Source: a virus. From it: DNA of 64,000 nucleotides. Location: the IMG/VR virus record IMGVR_UViG_3300045199_000074; one strand, 5' to 3'. A program made the translations under genes and the position numbers. The notes under the pieces were generated by a model. That model saw only the letters and a list, made by a program, of their open reading frames with translations. It was not told the DNA's origin and did not search any database. Positions 36,395-45,848 of the stretch are shown here, one piece after another (the first letter of the stretch is position 1; each line of letters begins with the position of its first letter).

Positions 36395-36498
36395 GGCAGG
36401 GCCCTGACGTATCCTAGGTAACATTCGTCGGAGTCGGCGTACTAATCAAAGATTACGGATTGATCATCCGCTGAGATCAAGTGCCTGTCCTGCCACCA
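36395..36498 (+). ncRNA. Unknown structured RNA with an 8-bp terminal stem and 3' ACCA
   Basis: ggcagggc/gtcctgcc + ACCA; internal hairpins; no T-loop or D-loop consensus. Confidence 0.5.
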
Positions 36499-36541
36499 GT
36501 TTCGGGCTATTCCTTAGAAAGATTAGCTAGTCATTAAACGT

Positions 36542-36616
36542 GCCGTAGTAGCTCAATGGTTAGAGCGCTGGATTGTGGCTCCAGAGACGGTGGTTCGACT
36601 CCACCCTTCGGTTCCA
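36542..36616 (+). tRNA. tRNA-His(GTG)
   Basis: ctgga-ttGTGgc-tccag, CCA; no encoded G-1; U at the discriminator. Confidence 0.9.
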
Positions 36617-36657
36617 ATACATATGAGTATCCGCTATAGATAAATCAGCGGAAATGT

Positions 36658-36741
36658 GCGGCTGTGGTGGAATGGCAGACACGCAGCGTTGAGGTCGCTG
36701 TGGGGTAACCCGTGGAAGTTCGAATCTTCTCAGCCGCACCA
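36658..36741 (+). tRNA. tRNA-Leu(GAG)
   Basis: cagcg-ttGAGgt-cgctg, CCA. Confidence 0.95.
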
Positions 36742-36784
36742 AGAAACAACAAAACACTATATATCATGTTCCTATTATTAGTTT

Positions 36785-36868
36785 GTGGGCTTGGCGAAAT
36801 TGGTAGACGCGCCGGACTTAAAATGCGGTTCTTAATGAGTACGAGTTCGATCCTCGTAGCCCACACCA
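36785..36868 (+). tRNA. tRNA-Leu(TAA)
   Basis: Loop ctTAAaa, class II, CCA; one anticodon-stem mismatch. Confidence 0.9.
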
Positions 36869-36885
36869 CTATTAACCCTTCAAAT

Positions 36886-36980
36886 GCGGCCGTGGCGGAA
36901 TTTAGTATACGCGCTGGGTTCAGGTCCCAGTGGAGAGCTTGCAACTCTCTGTGCAGGTGCAAGTCCTGCCGTCCGCACCA
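36886..36980 (+). tRNA. tRNA-Leu(CAG), atypical T-loop (tgcaagt)
   Basis: ctggg-ttCAGgt-cccag, long variable arm, CCA. Confidence 0.88.
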
Positions 36981-37020
36981 GATTTTAAACTGTTCTTGTT
37001 TTCATAATTTCATGCTGATG

Positions 37021-37110
37021 TAAAGGCCGCCTTGGTTTGTCCCCCTATGCCTTGGTATGGGCATTTCGTTGCGTTTGATTTGTCTCATCCTTAAAACCGA
37101 GAGAATCTAG
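37021..37110. repeat. Diverged repeat, copy 1 (copy 2 at 56880-56958)
   Basis: Shared gccgcct..tttgtccc..gccttg.tat.ggcatt.cgttgcgtttgattt.tct and gagaatcta. Confidence 0.8.
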
Positions 37111-37143
37111 GCGAGAAACCAAGGTGAACTTTCACATTTTCAA

Positions 37144-37458
37144 ATGATTTTATATTTCTCAACCACGGGCAATCGCGGCATTTTAAAACATTTAACTGAA
37201 CGAGTTATCAAAAGGGAAACATTGAGCGTCGAGCAACTTCGCCAATTGAAGGACATCGAGATACAATTAACAGAATGGATCGAGATTGAGAAAGAATATG
37301 GTCATGGAGCTTCATTGAATTTGCTAAACACGGAAGAAATTGAAAAGCTGGTCTCTATTGAGGGGGAAAAACCGTATTTTAAAGATTATATAAAAAATGC
37401 TGAACGCTACAGGGCTATTATGGGTGATAGCTGGCTTTGGCTTGCAAATGGTAAGTAA
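37144..37458 (+). CDS. Hypothetical protein
   Basis: 104-aa ORF. Confidence 0.6.
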   Translation: MILYFSTTGNRGILKHLTERVIKRETLSVEQLRQLKDIEIQLTEWIEIEKEYGHGASLNLLNTEEIEKLVSIEGEKPYFKDYIKNAERYRAIMGDSWLWLANGK

Positions 37459-37525
37459 ATGTAATTTTATTGATTTTGGCAGCATTATAGCTTAATTTTG
37501 ATGTTATAAATAAACTGTCATTAGT

Positions 37526-37723
37526 ATGATATCAGCACTTTTAAACGAGACTATTGATCCTGCTACGGCACAACTTCTTGACGTTATATCGCAAGATATG
37601 GATAAAAATCCTGATACTTCGGCGATTGTCATCCCAAAATCCTTGATTGAACGAGCTGTAATTTTAACGACTGGCATAGCTGTTGATCTCGATGATGAGA
37701 TCATAGGAGACGTTTCAATTTGA
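37526..37723 (+). CDS. PrlF/SohA antitoxin C-terminal-domain-like small protein
   Basis: DPATAQLLDVISQDM...GIAVDLDDEIIGDVSI resembles the PrlF toxin-binding tail; no AbrB domain. Confidence 0.55.
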   Translation: MISALLNETIDPATAQLLDVISQDMDKNPDTSAIVIPKSLIERAVILTTGIAVDLDDEIIGDVSI

Positions 37724-37783
37724 TAATTGCAGGTAATGAAAGCATATTATTTTTCTGACAACAAATTCAACTCGGAGCCATTT

Positions 37784-38071
37784 ATGTCTGATATTAGCAA
37801 ATCTCTCTATGAACGTCTGATTGATGCAGGCTGTGAAACCGAAAGCTGGCAGAGCGATCTGTATGTTCGTAATACAGAAACTGCGTCACAAATTATTCAC
37901 GCCTTTGAAGCCGAAGGTGGTATCAGCAACAAGCGTAATTTCACAAGTGACCGCGACGGTCAGAGTTGGATTGAACTTCCTTTCAGCTTTAAACCATATT
38001 GGGACGCAAAAAGCCGTGAGGAATTAGCGTCAGATATCGCGGAAGATACCCCTACTACACCAAGAATGTAA
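37784..38071 (+). CDS. Hypothetical protein (phage/plasmid-type)
   Basis: GGAG RBS before MSDISK; SDLYV...DG..WIELPF..P.W. Confidence 0.75.
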   Translation: MSDISKSLYERLIDAGCETESWQSDLYVRNTETASQIIHAFEAEGGISNKRNFTSDRDGQSWIELPFSFKPYWDAKSREELASDIAEDTPTTPRM

Positions 38072-38082
38072 TGGTTCTTATG

Positions 38083-38128
38083 AACGTCAAAAGGTCGCCA
38101 AGACAAAAATTGGCGACCTTTTGACGTT
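38083..38128. terminator. Bidirectional terminator
   Basis: Perfect stem aacgtcaaaaggtcgcca / tggcgaccttttgacgtt between convergent genes. Confidence 0.85.
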
Positions 38129-38143
38129 GAACAATTGGTTGTC

Positions 38144-39430
38144 TTATTTGGCCAGTCGTTTTACCAGCGGAGCAATGGTCAGTCCCTGCACGATGATCGA
38201 GAAAACAACGACCACATAGGTTACCGTCAGAATCGTGCTTTTGTACTCATTCTCAGGCAGAGACAGCGCCAAAGCTACAGAAATACCTCCGCGCACTCCG
38301 CCCCACGTCATAATCCTCGCAGCGCCGTCAGAGAATTTGTGGCCTGCGGCCCGAAGAGCCGTCACTGGAGTGATTACCGAAACAAACCGAGCGAACAGGA
38401 CGAGAGGGATACAAAGGAGAGACACAACGATGTGACTTTCTTCGAACCGCAGAACGAGAACCTCAAGACCAATAAGAAGAAAGAGAACCGAGTTCAGAAT
38501 TTCGTCCACCATGGACCAAAACGGGAACAAATGAGTTTTGGTTGCTTCTGACATCGCATTGTTTGCGCCCCAGTTGCCCATGATCAGGCCAGGGATGACC
38601 ACAGCAATAGGTCCTGAAAAGTGGAGCTTTACTGCAAGACCGTAGGTGCCAAGTACAATGGCAAGCGTAATCAATGTCTCAAGTGCTGCGTCATCAACCT
38701 TTTTGATGAACCAAAGACCGCCTACACCAATTGCGATACCCAAGAAAATTGCGCCGAAGACTTCGATACTAAATACTTTAAAGACTTCAAGGTAATTCAT
38801 TGTACCAGCTGGATCGACAAGCTGATGATTGGCCGTGGGCATTACGCCCGATGATGCTAAGGCTACGGTCAGAAGCACTGTAAATGCGACAACGCCAACA
38901 CCGTCGTTAAACAGGCTTTCTCCAGCAATTTTTGCTTCAAGACTTTCAGGAACCTTGACTGTCTTCAAAACCGAAAGAACTGCCACCGGATCTGTTGGCG
39001 AGATCAAAGCGCCAAACACGAGTGCCCAAGTGAATGGGATGCCGAAACCAGCCATATGCGACAGCGCCCAAAGACCACCGCCAACAACAACGGTTGAGAT
39101 AAGGACGCCTACAGATGCCATAAGAATAATTGGAAGCCGCTGACTCTTGAGGGAACGAACATCTACGTGCAACGCTGCCGCGAACAGGAGAAAAGCCAAC
39201 ATTCCGTTCATAACGGTGTCGAAAAAGTCGATGTTGGAGATCAGATGATTGAGGTCATCTGTCAACGTGAAACCTGGGATAAAATAGGATGCTGTCAACA
39301 GGCACAAAGAGCTAAAAAGCCCCATTAGCAGAAGGCCAATGGCGTGTGGCAGACCTAGAAAAACGTGATTAACCCATCCTAATACGGCAGAGATAACCAC
39401 AAGCATTCCTGCAATTTCAATAATTGTCAT
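38144..39430 (-). CDS. CPA1-family Na+/H+ antiporter (NhaP/YjcE-like)
   Basis: About 12 TM segments; FGALISPTDPVAV, GESLFNDGVG, WGGVRGGISVALALSLP. Confidence 0.93.
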   Translation of the reverse strand: MTIIEIAGMLVVISAVLGWVNHVFLGLPHAIGLLLMGLFSSLCLLTASYFIPGFTLTDDLNHLISNIDFFDTVMNGMLAFLLFAAALHVDVRSLKSQRLPIILMASVGVLISTVVVGGGLWALSHMAGFGIPFTWALVFGALISPTDPVAVLSVLKTVKVPESLEAKIAGESLFNDGVGVVAFTVLLTVALASSGVMPTANHQLVDPAGTMNYLEVFKVFSIEVFGAIFLGIAIGVGGLWFIKKVDDAALETLITLAIVLGTYGLAVKLHFSGPIAVVIPGLIMGNWGANNAMSEATKTHLFPFWSMVDEILNSVLFLLIGLEVLVLRFEESHIVVSLLCIPLVLFARFVSVITPVTALRAAGHKFSDGAARIMTWGGVRGGISVALALSLPENEYKSTILTVTYVVVVFSIIVQGLTIAPLVKRLAK

Positions 39431-39488
39431 CTAATTTCCTTTTATCTATGGGGAGCTTTTAAATTTCCAAAGGAATAATGTCAATTAT

Positions 39489-40448
39489 TTATTGAGGCGA
39501 ATTCTTATTATTTTGATTAAACATTCTTTTTGTAATTATATTTCTTACGGCTTCGCCAAATGCTGTTTCCGGTGTTTGTTTCTTAGAGGAGAGGACCATT
39601 TCTGTCCATTTTGAAACGGTCACCATATCCTCAACTCGCATGGATGTGTTCTGTAATTCGAATCTATTGACAAAATCTACCCATTTTCGAGATTGCGGTC
39701 CCAAATATGCTAACGGGATGCGCTTATTGTTGTGATAAATTCTCAATGAAGGCGCTATATCGCTATTTTTTTCCTTGGCCGCTTCTTGTTCTTTATCGAT
39801 GGTTCTTCTGAGGTCTTCGGCAATTTTCATAGCTGCATTGCTATCAAGGCGATTGGTTTCGAGTATTTTTTTTGCAACGACCACGCATTCATTGATAAAT
39901 CCACTTATTATGGCGGCCTCTTCCGGTGTCGCTTCTTGAAAATCCTTGCCAAAAATTTCAGCGGAGTTATTCGTATTCCAAACCTTATCTCTTTTCCAAT
40001 CGAGGATTCCCTGGCAATTAGGAATTTCCGACCATTTCCAGATAGGTGAATATGCCTGTTGAATAGCACGATTAATATCATTAATTGGCAGTATAATTTG
40101 ACCTGCCATATTTAACTGGTTGTGCCATCGCGATGGCACAACTTTCTGGCTGTTTGCTGGTCCTTTTGGCAATCCATCACAAGATATAATGTTATTGCTC
40201 AGGTTGACTAAGTCATCACGGCTCCAGCTTATTGCTGGTTTTCCTAAAACGTCCGGCGCGAATGAACGAAGCTTGCTTAAAATGTAATCTGGATCAGAAT
40301 TCGCAATTATGGTGCAAATATCGTCGTTCTTTGCTGCAAGCGCATGGCTTGATGAAATTAGCATTGCCGCTAGTATGAATTTGGCTTTTGCTCTCATCTG
40401 ACGCATCCTATTTTTATAAGATTTTATAGAATTGCGTGATCGGCGCAA
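39489..40448 (-). CDS. Secreted hypothetical protein
   Basis: Signal peptide MRAKAKFILAAMLISSSHALA. Confidence 0.7.
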   Translation of the reverse strand: MRRSRNSIKSYKNRMRQMRAKAKFILAAMLISSSHALAAKNDDICTIIANSDPDYILSKLRSFAPDVLGKPAISWSRDDLVNLSNNIISCDGLPKGPANSQKVVPSRWHNQLNMAGQIILPINDINRAIQQAYSPIWKWSEIPNCQGILDWKRDKVWNTNNSAEIFGKDFQEATPEEAAIISGFINECVVVAKKILETNRLDSNAAMKIAEDLRRTIDKEQEAAKEKNSDIAPSLRIYHNNKRIPLAYLGPQSRKWVDFVNRFELQNTSMRVEDMVTVSKWTEMVLSSKKQTPETAFGEAVRNIITKRMFNQNNKNSPQ

Positions 40449-41296
40449 TGTCTGGAGTGAAAATGCAAAACCATGCTCTTAAAGTCGTTGATGCTGTTCG
40501 GGCGATGAAGCTAGTCCATCGGAATGGGAAAACCATTTCTGAGCTTGATCTGAAGCCTTTGGCAATGGCTCTGGAAGGCGTTCGTAAAGCAATTGAAGAA
40601 TTTGATACAAACACAGGCTACACAGCGGGAGAGTTTCAAATGAAGCATCGCCCTGAATTCGCGGTTCCGTTGCAAATGGCCGATGATGGCTATATCGACG
40701 ATATCCGTGAACACAGCCCGTCTCTGGAAATGAAGCTGGAAATTCAAGCTGAATTGGAAGAAAAGGTTGAAGATGCCCTTGAAGAAAAAACAATCGAAGA
40801 TATTAAAAAGTCCATCAATTTAGAGCCTGAGGACGCCATTGAAATTTCCGAGCCTATTGTCGCTGCGGCAGTACTTTCTCATATGATGGCGAAACCTGGT
40901 ATGAATAAAGCTCGCCGCAAGAAACTGTCTCAGGTCGGGAACGGTGTTTTCTATGACGGCGACCAATACATCAATGAGCTTCGTCTGGCTGTTAATTCGA
41001 TCAACGATAAACTTACCTATGCTGTTAGGAAAGTAGGCTGGAATCCACGTCTTCGCCGTTTAGCTGAAGCATTGCGAAACACTCAGGAGAATTTCTCGCT
41101 CGAAATGAAGGGTGGTCAGAGTTTTGTAAGAATCCCATCTGATCGATGGGCTGTGCTGTCTAAAGCGATTGCTGAAAGCGCTCTTAACCAGGATTTGTCC
41201 GTGTACCTTCCCAAAAGAGTGCCCAAAAATTCTATGGATCAAAGATTCAATACAAAAAATGCACCAAGGCCTCCATTATCAATGTTCGACGATTAA
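40436..41296 (+). CDS. Hypothetical protein
   Basis: 286-aa ORF. Confidence 0.75.
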   Translation: MIGAMSGVKMQNHALKVVDAVRAMKLVHRNGKTISELDLKPLAMALEGVRKAIEEFDTNTGYTAGEFQMKHRPEFAVPLQMADDGYIDDIREHSPSLEMKLEIQAELEEKVEDALEEKTIEDIKKSINLEPEDAIEISEPIVAAAVLSHMMAKPGMNKARRKKLSQVGNGVFYDGDQYINELRLAVNSINDKLTYAVRKVGWNPRLRRLAEALRNTQENFSLEMKGGQSFVRIPSDRWAVLSKAIAESALNQDLSVYLPKRVPKNSMDQRFNTKNAPRPPLSMFDD

Positions 41297-41312
41297 TCGG
41301 TGCAATACCATT

Positions 41313-41984
41313 CTAGAAGAATGCTATACACCCCTGCCCTCTTTTTGAGGCCTCTTTGCAGACCTGATCAGCAAGTTCGTCCGGAACTTTCAGAATGGAC
41401 ATGACTGTTATGTTGTCGACATTATCAAATGTTGGCGTCATTTTTTTTAAAATAGAGCCGTCTTTTTGCATGATTTTCCAATGGCCTAAAACGTCTACCA
41501 TCGGTAGATTTTTATAAACACCCAGTGTTAGATTAACAAATCCGCTTTCTCCTTTTTCATTCGCATTATTATTTGTAAATCTGCCATCGCTACCGCTGAT
41601 TATTGATTTCGTATTTTCTTCATCTGAAAATAGTCTGGCTATATTTTCTGGATACCTTTCGCCAGTTTTACCATTTGTAATCGCAGCTAAAGCTGTAAGA
41701 AGCTCATCATCGTATTCTATGGCATTAGCTTCTTCAGGTGTTGATGTTAATCTGGAACTGCTTTTTTCCAGAAAAATGCACATAGCTTTCGGGAATTTAT
41801 CTGCGATTAGTTTTCTCTGATCGTATGTTTCTGTCTCAGAAACCTCATTTTTTTGGTAAACAATTCTACCGTTTTGTGTGCATGACACTTTAATGTGCTT
41901 TTCCTCGCCTGCATTTACAGGATGAACAGGCAAAGAAAAGCTAAATATTGTACCGATCATAACGGATAGAATGATATTCCTCAC
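41313..41984 (-). CDS. Secreted hypothetical protein
   Basis: Signal peptide; Cys pairs at both ends. Confidence 0.7.
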   Translation of the reverse strand: MRNIILSVMIGTIFSFSLPVHPVNAGEEKHIKVSCTQNGRIVYQKNEVSETETYDQRKLIADKFPKAMCIFLEKSSSRLTSTPEEANAIEYDDELLTALAAITNGKTGERYPENIARLFSDEENTKSIISGSDGRFTNNNANEKGESGFVNLTLGVYKNLPMVDVLGHWKIMQKDGSILKKMTPTFDNVDNITVMSILKVPDELADQVCKEASKRGQGCIAFF

Positions 41985-41996
41985 TATAGATACCCG

Positions 41997-44267
41997 CTAA
42001 TTTATGAATTCAAGAACAGGTTTTTTGTCTACTATATTTAGTGCTAGTTGCTGCCCTCTCTTGGGCAATGCGTCGAGTATTGTGTCTTCGATTAATTTCT
42101 TAAACGCTATTTCAACTGCCTTCGCGGTTCCGACATCTTCCTTTGCGACGCGTGCCAGTTCGTGAGAGACATCACCTTCAATTGTTATCTTTACATCTTT
42201 TTTGCTCAGCCGCTTAACCAATTCAGATATGAGCTTGCTGGCAACTGTTTCGAGCGCAACTTCAGGCATTGGTTTAAACTCTACAGCTACATCTGCAGCG
42301 TCTAACAGTGAACTTGGAACACCATCGGGACGTTCATTGTATTCCTCATTCTTATTAGCTCCAAATCCGATTGTTTTTCGCACGTTTTCATAAGCAATGG
42401 ACATGATGACCGTTGTACCTGTAAAGGAAACGTTATTCCCCATTGAATCTGTGATAATGCCGTTCTCTATTGCCTGAAGAATGATGCTTGTAACATTTGG
42501 GTGTGCAAGATCCATTCTGTCTAGAAAAATTACACTTGATGGATTTCGTCTAACCGCCTCTGTTAACTGCCCTCCTTCCCCATAACCAATATATCCTGGA
42601 GGAGCTCCGATAAGGCGCGAAGTCGAGTGTGACTCCACAAATTCAGACATATCGATACGGATCATCTTGGTGTTCAAGATATTTGCCACCTGCCGTGCTG
42701 CGTATCGTTTGCCAGATGATTCAGGACCATACAGTAGGATTGCGGTTTTAGCTCGATCTTCCCGATTTAAGCCAGAATTCGAACGAGCCAGCGCTCTTGC
42801 AATGTGAGAGCATGCTTCTGTTTGTCCTAGAATGCTTTTATTCAAATCTTCAAGAACGGTTGCGCCGAAATTTTCCGTAACGGCAAGTTTGATGCCCGAC
42901 ATCCTCTGTACAACTTTATAGAAGTCTGCATCTTCAACGGTATTACGGCCTGAAGCTGCAGCGGACGCTCCTGCTTCATCAATGACGTCGATAGCCTTAT
43001 CGGGCAGTTGCTTATCAACAATGAAAGATTTCGACAGCTCTACGGCAAGTCTTGACGCATTCTCACAATACGTCAGGTTGTGAAATTTTGCATAAGTAGG
43101 GATGACCTTATCTATGATCATGATGGCGTGATCAACATCTGGTTCAGCAATAGAAATAGGTTGGAACCGACGAGCCATTGCTGGATTTCGACCAAAATAC
43201 TTCAAGTACTCACCATGGGTTGTCGCGCCAATTACTCGGATACGACCGCTCGACAATGCTGGCTTAAGCAGTTCTGCTGCATCAGAGGCTCCAAGTGTAC
43301 CTCCGACAAGGGCGTGAATTTCGTCAACGAACAAAATCAGATTAGAATTTGCTTCCAGAGTTTCAACGAGATTGGTTATACGCTGTTCAAAATCACCACG
43401 CTGTCTGGTCCCTGCGATAAATCTGGCAATATCTAATGCGATAATTTCAGCACTTCTGAGTAGATACGGAACCTCTCCTTCAATAATTCTTACAGCAAGA
43501 GCTTCAACGACAGCGGTCTTTCCCACGCCTGGTTCACCAAGCAGAATTGGATTATTCTTCTTTCTGCGTGAAATGACCTCGGTCATTCTGTCAATTTCTT
43601 GATCTCGACCAAAGACAGGATCAATCATTTTCTTATGAGCCAAGCTGGTTAGATTGGTGCAGAATTCAACTTCCTTGAAGATGCGACTATCTTCCATTTT
43701 TGCGATATTCGAAGGTTTGACTTCTACGTTATACGAAGGTGGAAAAGCCCCTTCATAATTTTGTCCGGGTTGTGAATTGTTGGCCAATCCAGTGGGGCCG
43801 AATACGAAGCTCATACGTGCGCAATTACGGATCGTTTCCATATTCTGTGTAAGGCATAGTTCAATAGCAGAAACCGCATAATATTCACGAGCTGGTGTTG
43901 GGGGAACATTCCAAATCTCATTCAACAGGTCGAGATTGGTGACCTCTTGCCTGGGTTTTCTTATGAATGCTTGAGAAACAGCTTTAAAAAGGTTCTGCGA
44001 GAGAGAAATTCCCTCTTTGCCAACTTCTTCAGGGTAACTTCTCGCATCGAGATGTTTTTCGATATAAAAACGTAAAGTTGTTAAGTCTATGCCTTTTTCT
44101 TGCATTGCAAGAGCAACGATCTTGTCATCAAGCATTGCATTCAATACTAATACGAGATCAATTTGAGCCGCACCACGCCATTCAGCTTCAGTTTTAGCTC
44201 TTTCAAATGCGCTTTTTAGTTCGGGAGTGAACTGAGAAACGTCTTTATAGACTTCAGGACTATCCAT
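41997..44267 (-). CDS. ClpA/ClpB-like Hsp100 ATPase with degenerate NBD2
   Basis: Clp-N domain; GRDQE, GEPGVGKT, LFVDEIH, GATT; NBD2 GPESSGKR and FLDRMD; SRLIGAPPGYIGY. Confidence 0.9.
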   Translation of the reverse strand: MDSPEVYKDVSQFTPELKSAFERAKTEAEWRGAAQIDLVLVLNAMLDDKIVALAMQEKGIDLTTLRFYIEKHLDARSYPEEVGKEGISLSQNLFKAVSQAFIRKPRQEVTNLDLLNEIWNVPPTPAREYYAVSAIELCLTQNMETIRNCARMSFVFGPTGLANNSQPGQNYEGAFPPSYNVEVKPSNIAKMEDSRIFKEVEFCTNLTSLAHKKMIDPVFGRDQEIDRMTEVISRRKKNNPILLGEPGVGKTAVVEALAVRIIEGEVPYLLRSAEIIALDIARFIAGTRQRGDFEQRITNLVETLEANSNLILFVDEIHALVGGTLGASDAAELLKPALSSGRIRVIGATTHGEYLKYFGRNPAMARRFQPISIAEPDVDHAIMIIDKVIPTYAKFHNLTYCENASRLAVELSKSFIVDKQLPDKAIDVIDEAGASAAASGRNTVEDADFYKVVQRMSGIKLAVTENFGATVLEDLNKSILGQTEACSHIARALARSNSGLNREDRAKTAILLYGPESSGKRYAARQVANILNTKMIRIDMSEFVESHSTSRLIGAPPGYIGYGEGGQLTEAVRRNPSSVIFLDRMDLAHPNVTSIILQAIENGIITDSMGNNVSFTGTTVIMSIAYENVRKTIGFGANKNEEYNERPDGVPSSLLDAADVAVEFKPMPEVALETVASKLISELVKRLSKKDVKITIEGDVSHELARVAKEDVGTAKAVEIAFKKLIEDTILDALPKRGQQLALNIVDKKPVLEFIN

Positions 44268-44337
44268 TAAAATACCCTTTTATACAGACACTAAAAGGGT
44301 ATTTTTGATTTATTCATTGGTCAACATTTTTTTACGA

Positions 44338-44637
44338 TTAATCATCGCTCTTTGACAGATCATTGACGGTTGTCGGCTGTTTTGAATTTAATCCAAAATC
44401 TGCCATCTTTTTATCTTTTTCAGTAGTCTCGGCGGCTATTGCTGCATCTCGCTCCTTTGCTCGATTTTCAACAATATTTTTAAACCCCTCATGTCCGAAT
44501 TCCTGAACTATTTTCAAGAGGCTTTCACCAGGTCTGTCGCTTGTTATATCTTCGCGGCCAAGTTCGTGTATTTCCTTTGGATCAAGTAATCCAGCAAAGG
44601 CTTCATCTATCATCATATTGTTCACTGCTTTTCCCAT
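44338..44637 (-). CDS. Hypothetical protein
   Basis: 99-aa ORF overlapping the upstream stop. Confidence 0.6.
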   Translation of the reverse strand: MGKAVNNMMIDEAFAGLLDPKEIHELGREDITSDRPGESLLKIVQEFGHEGFKNIVENRAKERDAAIAAETTEKDKKMADFGLNSKQPTTVNDLSKSDD

Positions 44638-45815
44638 TCTTTTAATTCCTTTTCTTTTATGGCGGTGTTGGTAATTTGTTTAAAACGATTAATCGCTGAG
44701 CCAAATCCGTCTTGAAGACTTATGTTTGTGACAATGGCTATGTGTTTTGCACGAAGCAAGCGCTCATCGAAGTTTTTTTCAATTTCCACTAAAATCACTT
44801 GATTGGTGGACTTTAGAATATCGAGACTCGAACTTTTTACATCGTCTACAAACCCATATTGGACGCCGTTCTGCGAAAAAGTCACATGTTTATCGCTGAC
44901 TTGAACAAACACGCGACTATCTGGATCAAGGCCTACATAGGGCACCGCAACAAAAATCTTGCTATCTGAAGCAACAATTACGTCTGCATGATCAATTTCT
45001 GCTGCCTGAACTGGTTGTCGTTCTTTAGCCTCAATTCTTTCATTAATATCTTTTGCCACCGATTGTTTTCTGGCTGCAGCGACATCCTGCCTGATTTTCT
45101 TCGCTCCGTAGTTTCGGGTCCTGTTTGATTTAAGGAAACTGTTTTTGTTGATTTCCTGATCTATAGACCGAAAGACCGTTTCTTTCAGTTTTTGTCCGGA
45201 AAAGCGCTTTGTAAGCCCTGTTGGATCAGCGTCCTTTAGTGCTTCAATGGTTGTTGCAATTCGTTGCTCATTTGAAGGAAGGTATCGCCAAATGGCTCCC
45301 CAACCGATGTCCGGCAGTGGTTTGTCAACGAGTATAAGTTGGAAATCTCCCCCGAATTTACGTGCGTTGGCTTTAGTCCAGTATTTTTCTCGCATTTTCC
45401 AAATATGTTCTGGAATACCGTTCAAATTAGACGAAGCTGACCAACCCCATTTGACGACTGATTTATTCGATTCCCATGTCTTCAGATACTCATCATTTCC
45501 ATGATTGAAAGTTGCCAATATTGCATCGTGAACGAAATGAAATTTTATTGATAAATTTATGTCAGGCGCGATAATTCCGTTTGAACTTCTTCCTAGCAAT
45601 TTTCTAACGTCAGAGCATGCTTTAGCAAAAACGTCGTCTGGTAGATCGTTTATCCCCATTCTATCGTTATCAAGGTACTCAACAGCTCTCTTTGCAACCA
45701 TCGTTCCATACATCTTTCCAAGTTGGCGTAAAGACGTGGCTCGATAGTCGTCAAGCCATGCTGACAACTCGATAATGCTGCTGAGTTTTAGTCTGTAGCC
45801 TTTGGCTGATGTCAT
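44622..45815 (-). CDS. Hypothetical protein
   Basis: GGAG RBS; 397 aa. Confidence 0.75.
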   Translation of the reverse strand: MTSAKGYRLKLSSIIELSAWLDDYRATSLRQLGKMYGTMVAKRAVEYLDNDRMGINDLPDDVFAKACSDVRKLLGRSSNGIIAPDINLSIKFHFVHDAILATFNHGNDEYLKTWESNKSVVKWGWSASSNLNGIPEHIWKMREKYWTKANARKFGGDFQLILVDKPLPDIGWGAIWRYLPSNEQRIATTIEALKDADPTGLTKRFSGQKLKETVFRSIDQEINKNSFLKSNRTRNYGAKKIRQDVAAARKQSVAKDINERIEAKERQPVQAAEIDHADVIVASDSKIFVAVPYVGLDPDSRVFVQVSDKHVTFSQNGVQYGFVDDVKSSSLDILKSTNQVILVEIEKNFDERLLRAKHIAIVTNISLQDGFGSAINRFKQITNTAIKEKELKEWEKQ

Positions 45816-45848
45816 TTCAGAATTTAACTCCTCACTACCAGTAAAGCC

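Noticed and set aside
35173-37023. ORF-track ORFs across tRNA cluster 2
   Set aside because: They overlap tRNA or ncRNA genes and lack RBS or coding composition.
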